Part shown: positions 12,487-25,850 of the stretch, piece by piece
Layout: the number at the start of each line of letters is the position of its first letter
Numbering within the stretch: the stretch's first letter is position 1
The notes under the pieces: generated by a model
Database searches by the model: none
The model's input: the letters and a program-made list of their open reading frames with translations, nothing else
What the model was told of the DNA's origin: nothing
Translations under genes and position numbers: made by a program
Source: Camelus ferus
Taxonomy: Eukaryota
NCBI RefSeq assembly: GCF_009834535.1
Contig: NC_045697.1
Coordinates: forward strand, 1,986,001 to 2,050,000
DNA: 64,000 bases
Direction of reading: 5' to 3'

Positions 12487-15059
12487 GCCGCCGCTGGCGC
12501 TGGCGGGGCTCTGCTGGCACACGCCCCCTCGGCCCGCCCGCCTGCCCCCTCACAGCCCTGGCTGCCCTGGGGGAAACTTCCTTCCAAGGGGCTCTCGAGT
12601 CCCTGCCTGCAGCATTAAAGCCCCCCTTGGGCTCAGGGCCAGCACTCCAGGGTTAACTCCGGGTTGTTCCCCGTGGGAACATCCCAGAACCTGCTCTCCA
12701 GCACCCTCACTCTTGATGGTACTTGAAACAGCTCTGGATGCTAAACGTGTAATTTCCATCACTCCCTGATAGCAGAGCCCACGGGCGCAGGCCTGGAGGG
12801 AGGCAGCAGGTCGGTCAATCTGAGAGCAAGGCAGGTGGAGAGAGCTCCGAGGCAGGTCTTTCCCTTGCCTGAGCCTGCTGCATCTGTCCTTGGACAGCTT
12901 CTGTCCCCGGGGCAGACCCCAGGGTCCGCACCGCGTTCCTCCCCCGGAGACGCCAGGTGTCCCAAGTCCTCCTCTGTAACAACACTCATAAAAGCGAAGG
13001 CCCCGTTCAATTGTCCAGCCCAGGGATGTTGGGGGATGAGATGGAGGCCTGGCCCTGGGGAGACAAGCCAGTGAGTAGAGAAGGGAGGTCAGAGCAGGTT
13101 GTGAAAGTGCCCGGAGGGCGGGGCTGCCCACAGGATGCAGACCCGGAGGGGTCAGCCGCAGACACACACAGCTGGGGGGCGTGGCACCCGGAGCAGCGAC
13201 CGCGTGGGAGGCCTGCGCTCCCCAAGCCCGGGGAGCGCTCCGGCCAGGAAGGTCTCGGCAGCCACACTCAGAACCCCATCTGGGAGGGAGAGGAGCTGGG
13301 GTGCGGGGGTGGAGCCTTTCCAGAAGCCCTTACCCCCCCGCCCCCCGCCGGCGTCACATCAGCTGCTGGGCTTCCGGTCCAGGCTGCAGAGGACAGCGGT
13401 GCAGGTGCAGCTGGAAGAAGCGGTCCAGCAGAGTCGTGAGTTGTCTTCTGGGTATGACGGGGACCCGAGCCTGGGACACAGCTGCTTGGCAGCTCCAGGG
13501 AAGCTGTTTGGAAGAGGTGGGGAGAGGCCACTGCTCATGTGACTTTGGTAGGGCGTCCATGCTGTCAGGGACACATCCCAACAGAAGATTACAGCTGGCC
13601 ACCAAGAACAGACACCTCGACTCCTGGGTTTGGTGCTTTTCTCTGTATGGGAAGAATCTGGGCTTATTAAAATTCCCCCGAGATACACAACAACCTGTCC
13701 ACGGGCCTGTTTGTCCAGAGCACAGGACACCCGTTGTCCTCACGGCCTCGGTTTGGAGGCTGAGGGCTTCATCCTGTCCCTGCCTTGATTCCTCTTAGGG
13801 TGCACAGTCAGTGACGGCCACGGGCCCACCCTGTATAAGGGGGCGGTGAGCAGAAACACCCTTTTGTTCTTTGTTCTACATGGAATGTCGAATTCGCCCT
13901 GGATGAGCGAGTTGCTGGCCCACCACGGGGCTCCGGGGGCGTGGCGGGTGGGCGAAGCTCCCTCTGGCTTTGCCTGGCCGACTCTCGGGTTTTTGGGGAG
14001 GATGGGGAGTGGAAGCAGGGTCCCTGTCAGGAGGTTGCCACAGTCATCCTGGTGTGACAGCCACCAGCTCACCTGAACCTCCAGTGGCCCTGAGGTCAGC
14101 TGGCAGTAATCGGGAGCCCCTGTGGTCACGGGGGCTGCAGAGGCCAGCCCGAGACCTGCCTGCAGGAGGGAGAGGCTGGGCGCCCCATGCACAGAGAGCA
14201 GAGCTGGGCAGCCAGGGGCATTTGCCCAGAGCCCACCTCCTGGGACAAAGCGTCCTGCTTTGGGACCAAAGGCAGCGGTGTGTTTGGTGAGCGAGTCGCA
14301 GGCTCTGTGGCGGAGGGGAACCCTGATGTATAAATATTCCCTCAAAATCCACTGCCTACCTGACATCGCTGGGCCGTCACGGCAAAGGGTTGTGCGCAGC
14401 CGGCCACCAGTCCCCACACAGACGGGGACCTGAGCTCCAGGCTCGCCCTGCCGAGATTCCAGCTCAGCTGCCCACCTGCCTCTTGGACGAGACACCATCA
14501 TGAGAACTCACTGGATTAACTGACACAGGCCCTGCTCGTCTGGGCCTGAGAGGGTCTGCCACTTGCGGCCCCGTTAGGGTGGTCCCACCTGCAGCCCCGA
14601 GGATGTGGCAGACGGAGGGTCTGGGTCGTGTTGCAGAATCTTCACCGTAAACAACATTGCGTGCATTCCTAGAATCGGGGTGGTGACGGATTAGTATTTC
14701 AGAAACTGTGAGTTACAGTTCCAATATGTCACTTTGCGTTTTTGCAACCTTGCTTGGAGGTGATGGGCTCTGTTTTCCCTTCCCTGCTCTTTTATCTTCT
14801 ACGGTGCAGTGGGGCCCAGCTGGGGCTCACGCTGCTCATGGACAGCTGTGCCTCTAACTTTCTTCTGCAGTTATTGGTCTGTCGCGGAGGAAGAAGTGGC
14901 GATCTCCACCAACGCTGAAACAGCTGATAAGATGCAGCAGAACGGCACTTTAAGGCTGAAACCTAAAATCAAGAGCCAGACAAACGGGCCAGCTCTCACC
15001 ATCATTCTTTTATGTGGTTTTGACATTTGTCACTAATGCATTAAGGCAAGTAAAATAAA

Positions 15060-15480
15060 CAGGATAAGAGATGAAATTAATAAAAAAACCCTTAATTTTC
15101 AGCTATTTTTGTATGCTCAGAGAACCGAATTATACAGAAGATCAAAAGCTCTTAAACCGCCTTAGACCTGTTAAATATGAGAATGGGAAGTATTTAGGCA
15201 GAAAGGCAAAGGCTCCACATGAAGAAAAACTTCTCAGTTTTATTGAAAATTTTAAAACAATCCTTAGCAGGTGGAGAGACTTGGCTTAACTCTGGGAAGT
15301 CCAGAATAAACTAAAACAAAATGTCACTGATAGAATTCCAACTCTATTCTCAATAAGGCTGCACTTTTTTGTTTGTTTTGAAACGGATGAAATTATTTTA
15401 AAATCTGTGTGGAAAAGGAGTGGAGCCAAAGTTCCGAGGCCGATGAGAGTAGGGGGACGTGCGAGGCCCCAAGACGCCGG
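15060..15480 (+). mobile_element. Ancient L1 ORF2 fragment
   Basis: Translation GKYLGRKAKAPHEEKLLSFIENFKTILSRWRDL resembles the L1 ORF2 KYLG...KDLY.EN....W.DI region. The downstream TTTTAAAATCTGTGTGGAAA is typical of L1 'KFIWK'. Confidence 0.55.
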
Positions 15481-15629
15481 GGGCCGGGGGCCGGGGGCCA
15501 CAAGATAAAACAGGCGCTTCCTGCTCGCGAGGCGGGGCAGTCTCGCCTCGGCTGGTCGGGGCGTGAGGGGGGAGCCGGGCGTCACCCCGCAAGGCTGAGG
15601 GAACCCGCGCTCTTCAGCAGGGCCACCCT

Positions 15630-17400
15630 AGGGCTGGTTCTCAAACGGGGGCCGTGGGACCCCTACAACCCTCTTAAAAACTGCGGTAGATGCGAAAGAG
15701 CTTTTGTTTCGTTGGGTTCTATCAGTATCAGTAGCTCTCACAGTGCCTTCTTAGATGTTAAACCCGAGATTTTAGAAGTATTTATCCACTTCAGCATAAC
15801 CATAAACCCATGACAGGGTAACATGCATAACGATTGCGTGAAAATGTATATCTTCCAAAAAGAGAAGTTTTAGCAAGAAGGGTGACATTGTGTCCCATTT
15901 CCTTCACTCTCTGCGAGAGGTCGGCGGGCTCCTCCCACTGCGGGAGAGGCTTGGTTCCGGAGTGTGAGAATCTGTGGGAATGCAGCCTCACGCGGACGTG
16001 TGTGTTTGGAAAAGAAGGAAGGTTCTAATAACACCTGCGGGCCGCCGTGGCCCTTCCTCCTGACGACACCCAGGCTGGACATGCTGCGGTCGCTTGCGGG
16101 CTGGTTGCGTGTGGATTCTGAAATCGTATCAATGGACTTTCACTCTGTGTCTCATTGGAATCTGTCAGTCTGTTCTGCCCTTGGACAAGTCTTTATCTCC
16201 GCTTGCTTTTGTGACATTACACACTGGGCATTTGGAAAATAACGGATCACCAAGCACTGCGGGTCTTCTAAATGTCAGCACAGTCATTGAACAGTGTCCA
16301 GGCGTCACCTTTGTGAATATCACTGTCAGTCTCATCGGAAAAGTCTTTAGTTCAGTAAGTTGGCAAACTCATGGTGGTGGATACAAGCTTTTCAAAATTC
16401 CAACTTCGGAGAAAACGCTTAACTGGAAAAGACACAAGCACCTCAGTGTTCACAGCAGCACTATTTTCAGTAGCCAAGACATGGGAACAACCTCAGTGTC
16501 CACTGACAGATGACTGGATAAAGCAGTTGTGGTCTATATACACAATGGAATACGACTCAGCCATAAAAAGAATGAAATAATGCCATTTGCAGCAACATGG
16601 ATGGACCTGAAGATCTAAGTGAAGTCAGCCAGAAAGAGAAAGACAAATAACATATGGTATCACTGACTTGTAGAATCTAAAAAAAAGATACAAATGAACT
16701 TATTTACAAAACAGAGACTCACAGACAGAAAACAAACTTATGGTCACCCAACGGGAACGAGAGGAGGAGGATGAATTAGGAGTCTGGGATTAGCAGATAC
16801 AAACTACTATGTATAAAACAGATAAACAACAAGTGTCTACCGTATGAGACGGAGAACTGTATTCAGTAGCTTGTAATAAGCTATAATGAAAAAGAATCTG
16901 AAAAAGAATACATATATGTGTGTGTGTGTGTAACTGAATCGCTCTGTTGCACACCGGAAACACATAACACTGTAAATCAACTATACTTCAATTAAAAAGC
17001 CTCTAACTTTCGCGCAAAAGCTTGAATTTTATTGTTGATCATACGCTGTGGGTTTTCTGTGATGGGACAGGCTCACTTTGGGCGTTTTCAAGAAAATGTC
17101 TGCCAGGTTCCCAAGTCTGAATAACCAGTTTCTGTCAGTCCTTCTTTCCCACAGAAAGCCGCTCCGTTAGACGGAAGCACACAGCTGGGCCGGCGGCCCC
17201 ACGCCTGCGCTCGGGGCCGAGGCGGCAGGGCTCCGGCTCACTCGCCGTCCTGCCTCACGGAGTTTTCAAAAGTCGTGGATTCAAGATTTTAGAACACCAA
17301 CTATTTTTACTGCCCATCGAGGACGCTCAAGTGAAACTAGCACTTTCGCTGCCGCCACCGCCAGCGTCTGGTACCTGCCCTGATCCGTGCCGGAGACTCA
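15630..17400 (-). mobile_element. Charlie1-type hAT DNA transposon remnant, split by an L1 insertion at ~16406-16998
   Basis: Terminus GCTGGTTCTCAAAC...CCCCTACAACCCTCTTAAAAA...AAAGAGCTTTTGTTT. Internal blocks CATTTGGAAAAT, TCTCATCGGAAAAGTCTTTA, GGATACAAGCTTTTCAAAATTC and, after the L1, AAAGCTTGAATTTT...GAAAATGTCTGCCAGGTTCCCAAGTCTGAATAACCA are collinear with Charlie1 as I recall it. Confidence 0.8.
16406..16998 (+). mobile_element. 5'-truncated L1 (end of ORF2 plus 3'UTR), cetartiodactyl type
   Basis: ORF2 C-terminus FTAALFSVAKTWEQPQCPLTDDWIKQLWSIYTMEYDSAIKR; 3'UTR ending GTAAATCAACTATACTTCAATTAAAAA; internal (TG)n at ~16916-16931. Confidence 0.9.
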
Positions 17401-19281
17401 CCATGGCAAGTGCCAAACACTGAAGCTGCGCGTGCATTCTTCCTCCCTATCGTCACCGAAGAGTTTGGCCACAGGGACCCTCGGAGGAGGGGGCACCGAT
17501 CACGGTTTGAGAAGCCGCCTTACGGAGACTCGGCGTGTGCGGAGGGCGGTGCACCTCGCTGCGTTTCCCGCATCCCGGGACTGTGACCCCAGGGGCGCAG
17601 AAGATGCCCCTTCTCCCTTCACCTCATAGCTGTCCTACTGACCACCTACTGTGTTCTCCACAGGGGACAGTGTCACATAAATCAGATGTTGACAGGGGGC
17701 TGGAGCCGGACTGCAGACAAAGTAGGTGAATGGTCATCAGTTAGGACTCTGGTGCTTTACAGAGGGTGATGTAGGGCAGGGGTGGGAGGGTCACCCAGAC
17801 CTCCAGGCACTGGCTGAGTCCAGAGTCCCCTCCAGGACTCCGGGTGCCTCGGGGGTCTCACTCCGAGGGGGGCTTGTGGCAGAGGGTGCTAGGAGCAGTC
17901 CCACTGCATCCACCTTGGGCGGGCTGGGGGGACCCGCACCATCCTGAGGTCACCCACCCAGGTCCTGAATGTCTACAGGACCATGGAACTGGCCCAGTCC
18001 CCCGAATGGCCCCAGAACCATCTTACCTCCCCAAAGACAAGCCTTGAAAATGGGAGTGGGGGCCCCGGCACACCCTGGTTGGCTTCTGCAAGACGGGCGG
18101 TCTTGGAAGACAGCGTGGATCCCATCAGCTCTGCCCAGTGAGGGCGCCCTCTGCAGCTGCCATCATCCACGTGAGGCTCTTCCTGGGGCAAATCGGCCGG
18201 CCTGCGGACAGGGCAGCCTGTCCGCCCGGCACTGTCCCCTGTTGGCTTTGACTCGCCATCCTCTCCTTCCTGAGAGGCCACCTCAGCTCCCTGCCTGCAC
18301 CACCTTTGTCTTCAGGGACCTCGTGTCTCACCACCCAGCAGAGCCTGTCTATCCATGGGGGTAACGCAGTCATGCAGTCAGCCCAGGGGACGCGGAGGCA
18401 GCAGGTACGCTGGGCAGATGGCGAAACCCACCTGCGTGGAGGGAGCAGAGAAGCCGGTGAGAATGCAGGGCCCGACCAGGGGTGGGGCAGGCGGCAGTTC
18501 CTGGCGCAGGGACCCCTGGGCCTGGGCTTCAGGCCCTCTTGGAGACCCTGGGAGCCCCCGCTCTTCCCCAGTGACCCCTTTGTGCCCAGCCCAGTGAGCG
18601 CGCACGGCATGGTCTGCATTCAAGAACCACCCTTGGGCGTGTCTCTCCCGCCCACTTCCAGGCTGCGGCCTTGGTGCTCGGCCTCCAGGGCGCCTTGGCT
18701 TTGCAGCCTGTGTTGTGAGAGTGCAGCCCCGCCGTCCTCCTGTTCCGTGTGAGGTGGATGGGGCGGGTGCACGGCTTCTCTCTCCTCGTGCTGCGGGCAC
18801 CCCTGGCGGCCCTTGCTTATGCTCACACGCGTTTTGAAAATCAGAGGAAGTCAGCAGCTTCAGGGAAAGAAAGCTTCACAGCGGAGGAAACATGGTTGTG
18901 TTATGCTCAGTGGCTCACGCGGTGGGGATGGGTCCCCAAGGACGTCTTTCCACACGGATCTCCAGGGTCTCAGCACAGCTGGTGGAAAACGCTGTCCCTT
19001 CATGACTGAGCGGTTTGGGCATCTTTCTTGGAAATCAGTTGCCCTCAAATGTGTGTGTCTGCCCCCCGAGTCTGTGTTCTGTCCCTGGATGAGTGGAGTC
19101 TGCCCACATCTCAGCAGACTGTCCTGGTCACTGTGAAGTCTTAAAATCTGGAACAATAACTCTTTCAACTGTGTTATTCTTTTTATAAATTGTTTTGGGT
19201 ATTTTCAGTTCTTTGTGTTTCCACAATTTTTTAAGTATACTAAAATACGTGTATCTTAAAAACTACCATTTTAACCATTTT

Positions 19282-20182
19282 CTCTTTTTATCCTTATTTT
19301 TTATTGAAGTGTAGTCAATTTACAGTGTAAGTTTCAGGTGTACAGCAGTGTGATTCACTTATACGTATAATTACATAGGTGCATTTTTTCAGATTCTTTT
19401 CCGTTACAGCTCATTGCAAGCAATTGGATGTAGTTCCCTGTGCTATATAGTAGGTCCTTGTTGTTTATCTGTTTTACGTATAGTAGTGTGTATCTGTTAA
19501 TCCCAAACTCCTAACTTATCCCTCCCCTCCCCTCCCCCTTCCCCCCAGTAACCAGTTTGTTTTCTATGTCCATGAGTCTATTTCTGATTTGTAAATAAAA
19601 TTTGTATCTTTTTTTAGATTCCACATACAAGTGACATCATATGATATTTGTCTTTCTCTGTCTGACTTACTCCACTTAGTATAATAATCTCTAGCTCCGT
19701 CCACATTGCTGCGAATGGCACTGTTTCATTCCTTTTTATGTCTGAGTAGTGCTCCGTTGTGTGCAAATGCACCGCACCTTCTTTATCCAGTCGTCTGCTG
19801 AGGGACATTAGGTGCTTCCATGTCTTGCCTCTTGTACATTGTGCTGCTGTGAACACTGGGGTGCAGGTGTCTTTTCAAATTACAGTCTTCTCCTGACACA
19901 TGCCCAGGAGTGGGATTGCTGGATCACAGGGTAACTCTATTTTTAGTTTTTAAAGGAATTTCCACACTGTCCTCCATAGTGGCTGCATCAATTTACGTTC
20001 CCACCAGCAGTGCAGGAGGGCTCCCTGTTCTCCACACCCTCTCCAGCAATTATTATTTGTAGACTTTTTAATGATGGTCATTCTGACTGGTGTGAGGTGA
20101 TACCTCATTGCAGTTTTGATTCACATTTATCTAATAATTAGTGAAATTGAGCATCTTTTCATATGCCTGTTGGCCATCTGGA
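19282..20182 (-). mobile_element. Younger L1 3' fragment nested inside an L1MB-type element
   Basis: Starts with T-rich tail then TTATTGAAGTGTAGTCAATTTACAG; ORF 19614-19856 is the ORF2 C-terminus. Flanked by CATTTTAACCATTTT (19267) and CATTTTAACATTTT (20183), a probable TSD. Confidence 0.88.
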
Positions 20183-21020
20183 CATTTTAACATTTTCAAG
20201 CGTACAGGTCAGTAGCAGTAAGTACGTTCATATTGTTGTGCAGCCATCACCACCCTCCACCCCCGTAACTCACCTTGCAGAGCTGAAACTCTATCCCCAT
20301 TAAACACTAACTCCTCACTCCCCTACCCCCAGCTGCCGGTGCCCACTAGTCTATTTTCTGTCTCTGACTCCCCTAGGGAGACCTCGCATAAGTGGAGTCA
20401 CACAGTATTTGTCCTCGTGTGACTGGCTTATTTCCCTGAGCATAACACCCTCAAAGTTCACTCATGTTGTAGCAGGTGTCAGCATTTCCTTCCTTTTTAA
20501 GGCTGAGTAACACTCCACTGTGTGGATGGACCACGTTTTGTTCATCCATTCATCTGTCAGTGGACACCTGGGTTGCCCCCACTTTTTGGTGATTGTGAAC
20601 AGCACTGCTGTGGACGTGGGTGTACAAGAATCTGCTCCGACCTCTGCTTTCAGTCCTGTGTTTATGCCCAGAAGTGGGATTGCTGGATCATATAGTAGCT
20701 CCATTTCTAATTTTTTGAGGAAGCCCCACACTGTTTCCATAGCGGCTGTACTAATTTACGCTCCCACCAGCAGTGCACAAGGGTCCCCTTTCTGCACATC
20801 TTCACCAGCATTTGCTATCTCTTGCCTCTTTGAGAGCAGCTGTTCTAGCAGGTGTGAGGTGGCACCTCGTGGTTTTGATTCACATTTCCCTGACGCTCAG
20901 CCACATTGAGCATCTTGTCGCGTGCCTGTCGGCCAGCTGTTTGTCTCCTGTGGAAAACTGTCTATTCAGATCCTCTGCCTATTTTTAAATCAGATGGTCT
21001 ACCTTTTTCTATTGAGCTGT
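20183..21020 (-). mobile_element. L1MB-like element (3'UTR and ORF2 end); its extreme 3' end lies at ~19235-19281
   Basis: ORF 20462-20740 METVWGFLKKLEMELLYDPAIPLLGI... is the L1 ORF2 C-terminus, with an L1MB-like 3'UTR (CATATTGTTGTGCAGCCATCACCACC). Confidence 0.85.
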
Positions 21021-24013
21021 ACCTAGCGAGTATTTTTACACGCTAAATTCCTACCTGCAGCGTTGCAGGAGCCAAAGGATAGGTGTTGTCAAAATGCCTT
21101 CCCAAGATGCCACGGTCACGGGGAACCCGGCGTGCAGATCCCGGCCCGCTCCTGCTCCGGCTGCCCTCAGTCCACGCCCACGAGACCCCTCCACGCAGGC
21201 CTCGCCCCACAGGCCCTCCTACCTGCTTCTGAAACTTTCCTATCTTTTTACACCTGTTTGTTCTTACTCCCCCACCAGGCTGATTCCTTATTAACTCACC
21301 GCTCCGTCCTGCTCCTGGGGCCTCCCCTGCGCAGGCTGCCCGAGGTGTGGGGACAGCCCCCCTCGGCGGGTCCCCCGCCAGCCCTCCTCCCTCTGCTGGG
21401 CGAGCTCCCGCAGCCTGTGAACCTTGAAATTTAGATTCCAGGCCTCGTGCTTGACCCCTGCCTCCCTCATTTTCCGAAACGCCTTCCTCTTTTCCTGTTT
21501 GGAGAACTTTCAAGAACCTTTCCAAGTTCTCCTGGGAACAGTGTGGCTCCCTGGGGTGCCAGCTGGCATCTCCTGCAATTATCCTTAAATTATAGGGACA
21601 ATTTATATTTCACAGTCGTTAGAAATATCAACTGCAGCTCAAGCCTTTGAAACGAATGGAATCTTAATGGGCAGCTGCTTAGGTTACAGCCTGGAGCAGG
21701 AGGCCCCAGTGGCGGGAGGAAGCCTGGGGCCGCCGTGCGGAGCAGTGAGCCTTGCAGGCGATGGGGGAGCCATCGGGGGGAGTGGAGCCCACAGCCTGGA
21801 CTCTGGGCCCCACGTTCAGTGTATGTCCCCCAGAAAATGCAGCCGGGCCCCAGATCCACCCAGCTCACAGCCTCCGCACTCGGATCTGAGCTCCTTTCCA
21901 ACTGGGACTCGGGGTGCAGCCCAGCCCTGGCGCCCAGAGCCTGGGCCGCAGAGGGCTTCGTCCGAGGGATCTGGAGTCAGAGGTGTCCCCCACAGGGGGT
22001 CGTGGTGCTCAGCCCAGAACTGCAGTCCAGTGTCCGGAATCAGTTGTTTCCTGTGTTTGGTCCGGTTTTCAGTTGTTTGAAATGGAGGAGGGGTGAGTCC
22101 GTCCAGACAGACCCTGTGACGCCACCGGGGTGGAGCATGTAAGTCAATGGTGCCTTTTGGTGGCAGACATTTTACTTCTGATTAAGGCAAAATTATTGAA
22201 TGAATTTTTCTTCTATGGCTAGAGCTCCTGTGTCCTAAGAGACCTTCACCACGGTCGTGAAGGTGCCTCCCCATGGCCTGTCCTGGCAGCTGTGCTGGCG
22301 TTTGGGCCTTTGAGCCAACTCAGATTAACTACTGTGTGTGATGTGAGTTAGACGCCAGGGTTCATCTTCTCCCATGGTTATCCAGTTATAACAGTACTTT
22401 TGTTAAAAATCATTCCCTTCCCCCACTGAATTTTTCTTATGCCTTTGTCAAAAATCAATTTACTGAACATGAGTGGATGTCTTTCTATACTCCATTCAGT
22501 CCCCTTGGTCAAATGTCTACATTATCTTGATTGTTGTAGCTTTATAGAAAGTCTTGAGGTCAGATGATATCAACCTCCAAACTTTGTTCTTCGTTTCTAA
22601 AATTATTTTGGTTACTACTGATCTTCCGTGTTTCCACGTACATTTTAAGTCAGCTTGTCAACTTGTCCCTCTAAAAAAGCCTGCTGACATTTTGATTGGG
22701 ATGGCATCAATCTACAGATCAACTTGGTGAGAACTGACATGTTACCAGTCAGTACTGTCTTGCCATTTTCGAACAGGGTATCTCTCTCCCTTTGGAGAAA
22801 TCTGATGCATACTTTATTAATCTATTCCTCAGTGTACAAATTCTCCAATTGTTTGTTGGGAGTGTATAGAACTATGTTTATGTCTGTAGCCTACAACCCT
22901 GCCAAACTCAAAAATTGGTCTAATGGCTTTTTAAATAAATTCCTTAGGACTTTCTGTGTTCACAATCATGTTTCTTGTGAATGAAGGCAGTTTACTTCTT
23001 GCTCTCTAAACTGTATGCCTTTTATTCCTGTTTCTTGCTTTATTTTTTTGACTGGGGCCTCCCGTACAATGTTGAAAAGAAGTTGTGAGAGCAGCAGCCT
23101 GGCTTCATTCTTAGGGGAAAGATACCCAGGCTTTCGCCAGTGAGTATGAGGTTAGCTGTAGGTTGTTCGTAGATGCTCTTTACCAAATTGAGGAAGTTTC
23201 CTTCTATTTTTAGTTTAGAGATTTTAATCACAAATGAGTATGAATTTTGACAAATGCTTTCTCTGCACTTACTGAGATAATCGCAAGATTGTTTTCCTTT
23301 ATTTCGTTAACGTGGTGAATTACAAGGTTCGCTTTTCGAGTGTTAAGCCAACCTTGCATTCCTGGGATAAGCCGTACTGTTCATGGTGTGTTATTCAAGT
23401 CAGTGATGTTTTGCTAAGGATTTTTGTATCTGTGCTCATGAGGCGTAGATCTGCAATTTCTTTTTCTCATGATGTCCTCATCAAGTTTTGGTATCGGAGA
23501 CATGCAGGCCTCATAAAATGAGTTCAGAAGTATTCCATCCTTCTCTATTTTCTGAAAAATTTGTGTAAAAATGGTATTATTTCTTCCTTAATTATTTGGT
23601 TCAGTCCAACACCATATGGTCCTGGGATTTTATTTGTGGGTAACTCTCTTTATGGAAAATGCTGTTTTTCCCCTAAAATTTTATTATGAAAATTTCAACC
23701 ACTCAGAAAAAATGGACAGAATTATGTAATGAGCAGTCATATCCGTTTCCTAAATTAACATTTTGTTATACTTTCCTCATCAGATAACTATCACATCATC
23801 TTATTTTGTGATGCATTACTAAGTAAGTCACAGACACCAGCACATTTTCCCTTAAAGATTCTTAATCATTAATTCAACTTATTTAACTGACATTCAGGCT
23901 ATTCAGACTTTCTACTTCCTCTTGTGTAATTTTTGTTTTGTTTTTAAAGGAATTTTTCCATTTTTATATAAAAGTCTGTGGTCATCAAGTTGTTCATACT
24001 CTTCTAGCCTTTA

Positions 24014-24072
24014 TTTATTTATTTCTTTAACATTTTTTATTGATTGATAATAATTTTACAATGTTGTGTCAA
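24014..24072 (-). mobile_element. Very short young L1 3'-end insertion
   Basis: TTTAACATTTTTTATTGATTGATAATAATTTTACAATGTTGTGTCAA, near-identical to 61768-61817. Flanked by TTCTAGCCTTTA (24002) and TTCTATCCTTTA (24073). Confidence 0.75.
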
Positions 24073-25637
24073 TTCTATCCTTTAAATATCTGTCGGCTTG
24101 GTAATGATATTCCTGATATTCGCAGTTTGTTTTTCCTTCTCTCATTACTCTTACTAAGGTTTGATAAATTGTATTAATCTTTTTGAAAAGCCAACTTTTG
24201 GCTCTCTAATTTATGTGTTTGTTTTTCTTCTGTGCTTTGGCTCTTCTCTCTTTCACTACTTTCCACTCTTATTTTTATTATTTCTTTCCTTCATTTATTT
24301 TAGGTTTAATTTACTCTTTTATTTTCTTGCTTCTTAATGTGAAAGCTTAGATCATTAATTTCAAGCCACTGTTTTCTGTTACAAACGTTTTCAATTATAA
24401 GTTTACCCCTATAAGAACTTTAGCTATGTACTACAATTCTTAATAATTTGAGTTTCTTATAATTCAGTTAAAAGTATTTTTCTAATTTCTTTAATGATTT
24501 CTACTTTGACCTATGGATTATTTAGAATTGTATTACCTACTTGTCAAAAATCAAGTGATTTTCTAGATCTCATTATTGATTTCTGTTGTTGTCAGAGAAC
24601 TTAACACTTCATGACTTCAATCTTTTAAAATTAGTAAGATTGATTTCATGGCCCAGCATATGTTCTCTCCTGGTAAATGTTCTGTGTACACTTGAAACCA
24701 GTCTGTATTCTGTAGCTGGTGGGCATCATCTCCTACACACATTAACTAGGTTAGGTTGTTTGATGGTGGTGTTCAAATCTTTCATATGCTTATTGATTAT
24801 TTTGTCTGTTTTTCTCATCAATTTATTACATAAAAATATTAAAATATTAAGTTGTAAGTATGTTTTATCTATTATTACTGTCTCCTTTTAATTTTCACAA
24901 TTTTGCTTCAGATATTTGAAGATACAGCCACTCCAAATTTCTTATGGCTATTTTTCACAGTATTTCTTTTTCTATCCTTTCACTTTCAATCTAAATGTGT
25001 TTTAATATTTAAATAATGTTTCTGTTAAACTAGAATGTAGCAGTTTTTTAAAAACCCAATCTGAAATGTTCTTCCTTTTAATGGGAGCATTTAGCCCATT
25101 TATATTTAATGTAATTGGTGATATTATAAGTTTAAGTCCAACTGTAATCTTACTGTTTACTGTTTGTCCTATTTGTTCTTTGCTCTTTTGTTTCTCCCTT
25201 TGCTGCTTTCTTTTGGATTAACTGATTTAAATTTCTTTTTTAAATTTTAACCCTTCCATTGAGTTTTTAGCTATACTACTCTGAGGTATTTTTTTAGAGG
25301 TTGCTCCAGGGATTCCAGTATGTACCCTTAATTTACCTCAGTCTGCTTTGAAATCGTATTACACTGCTTCACGTGTAATGTAAGAACCTTTCAACATATG
25401 ATTCCATTTCCTTCCCATCTTTTGTGCTATTGTTGCATATTTTTACATGTACTTTTGTTATAAACCTCATAAAATATTGTTATTATATTTGCTTTAAATG
25501 TACAATTATCCTCTAAAGAAATGAAGAAAAGGGAAAAGGTTTTTCACATTCACCATTTCTACTGCTCTTCATTCCTTCGTGTGGACCCCAGATTTCCATC
25601 TGGCATCGCTTCCCTTCAGCCAAAGAACTTCTTTAAC

Positions 25638-25850
25638 GTTGTTGTTGTTGTTGTTGTTGTTTTGTATATATATATATATATTTTTTAATTGAAGTATAGT
25701 TTACTCTGGTGTACAGCACATTGCTTCAGTCATACATAAACACACATACGTTTGCTTTCATATTCTTTTCCACTGTAAGTCTCTACAAGATATTGAATAT
25801 AGTTCCCTGTGCTGTACAGTATGAACTTTTTATCTATTTTGTGTATCTTT
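25638..25850 (-). mobile_element. Short L1 3'-end insertion with tail decayed into (GTT)n and (TA)n microsatellites
   Basis: (GTT)8 then (TA)n then TTTTTTAATTGAAGTATAG...GATATTGAATATAGTTCCCTGTGCTGTACAGTA. Confidence 0.8.
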
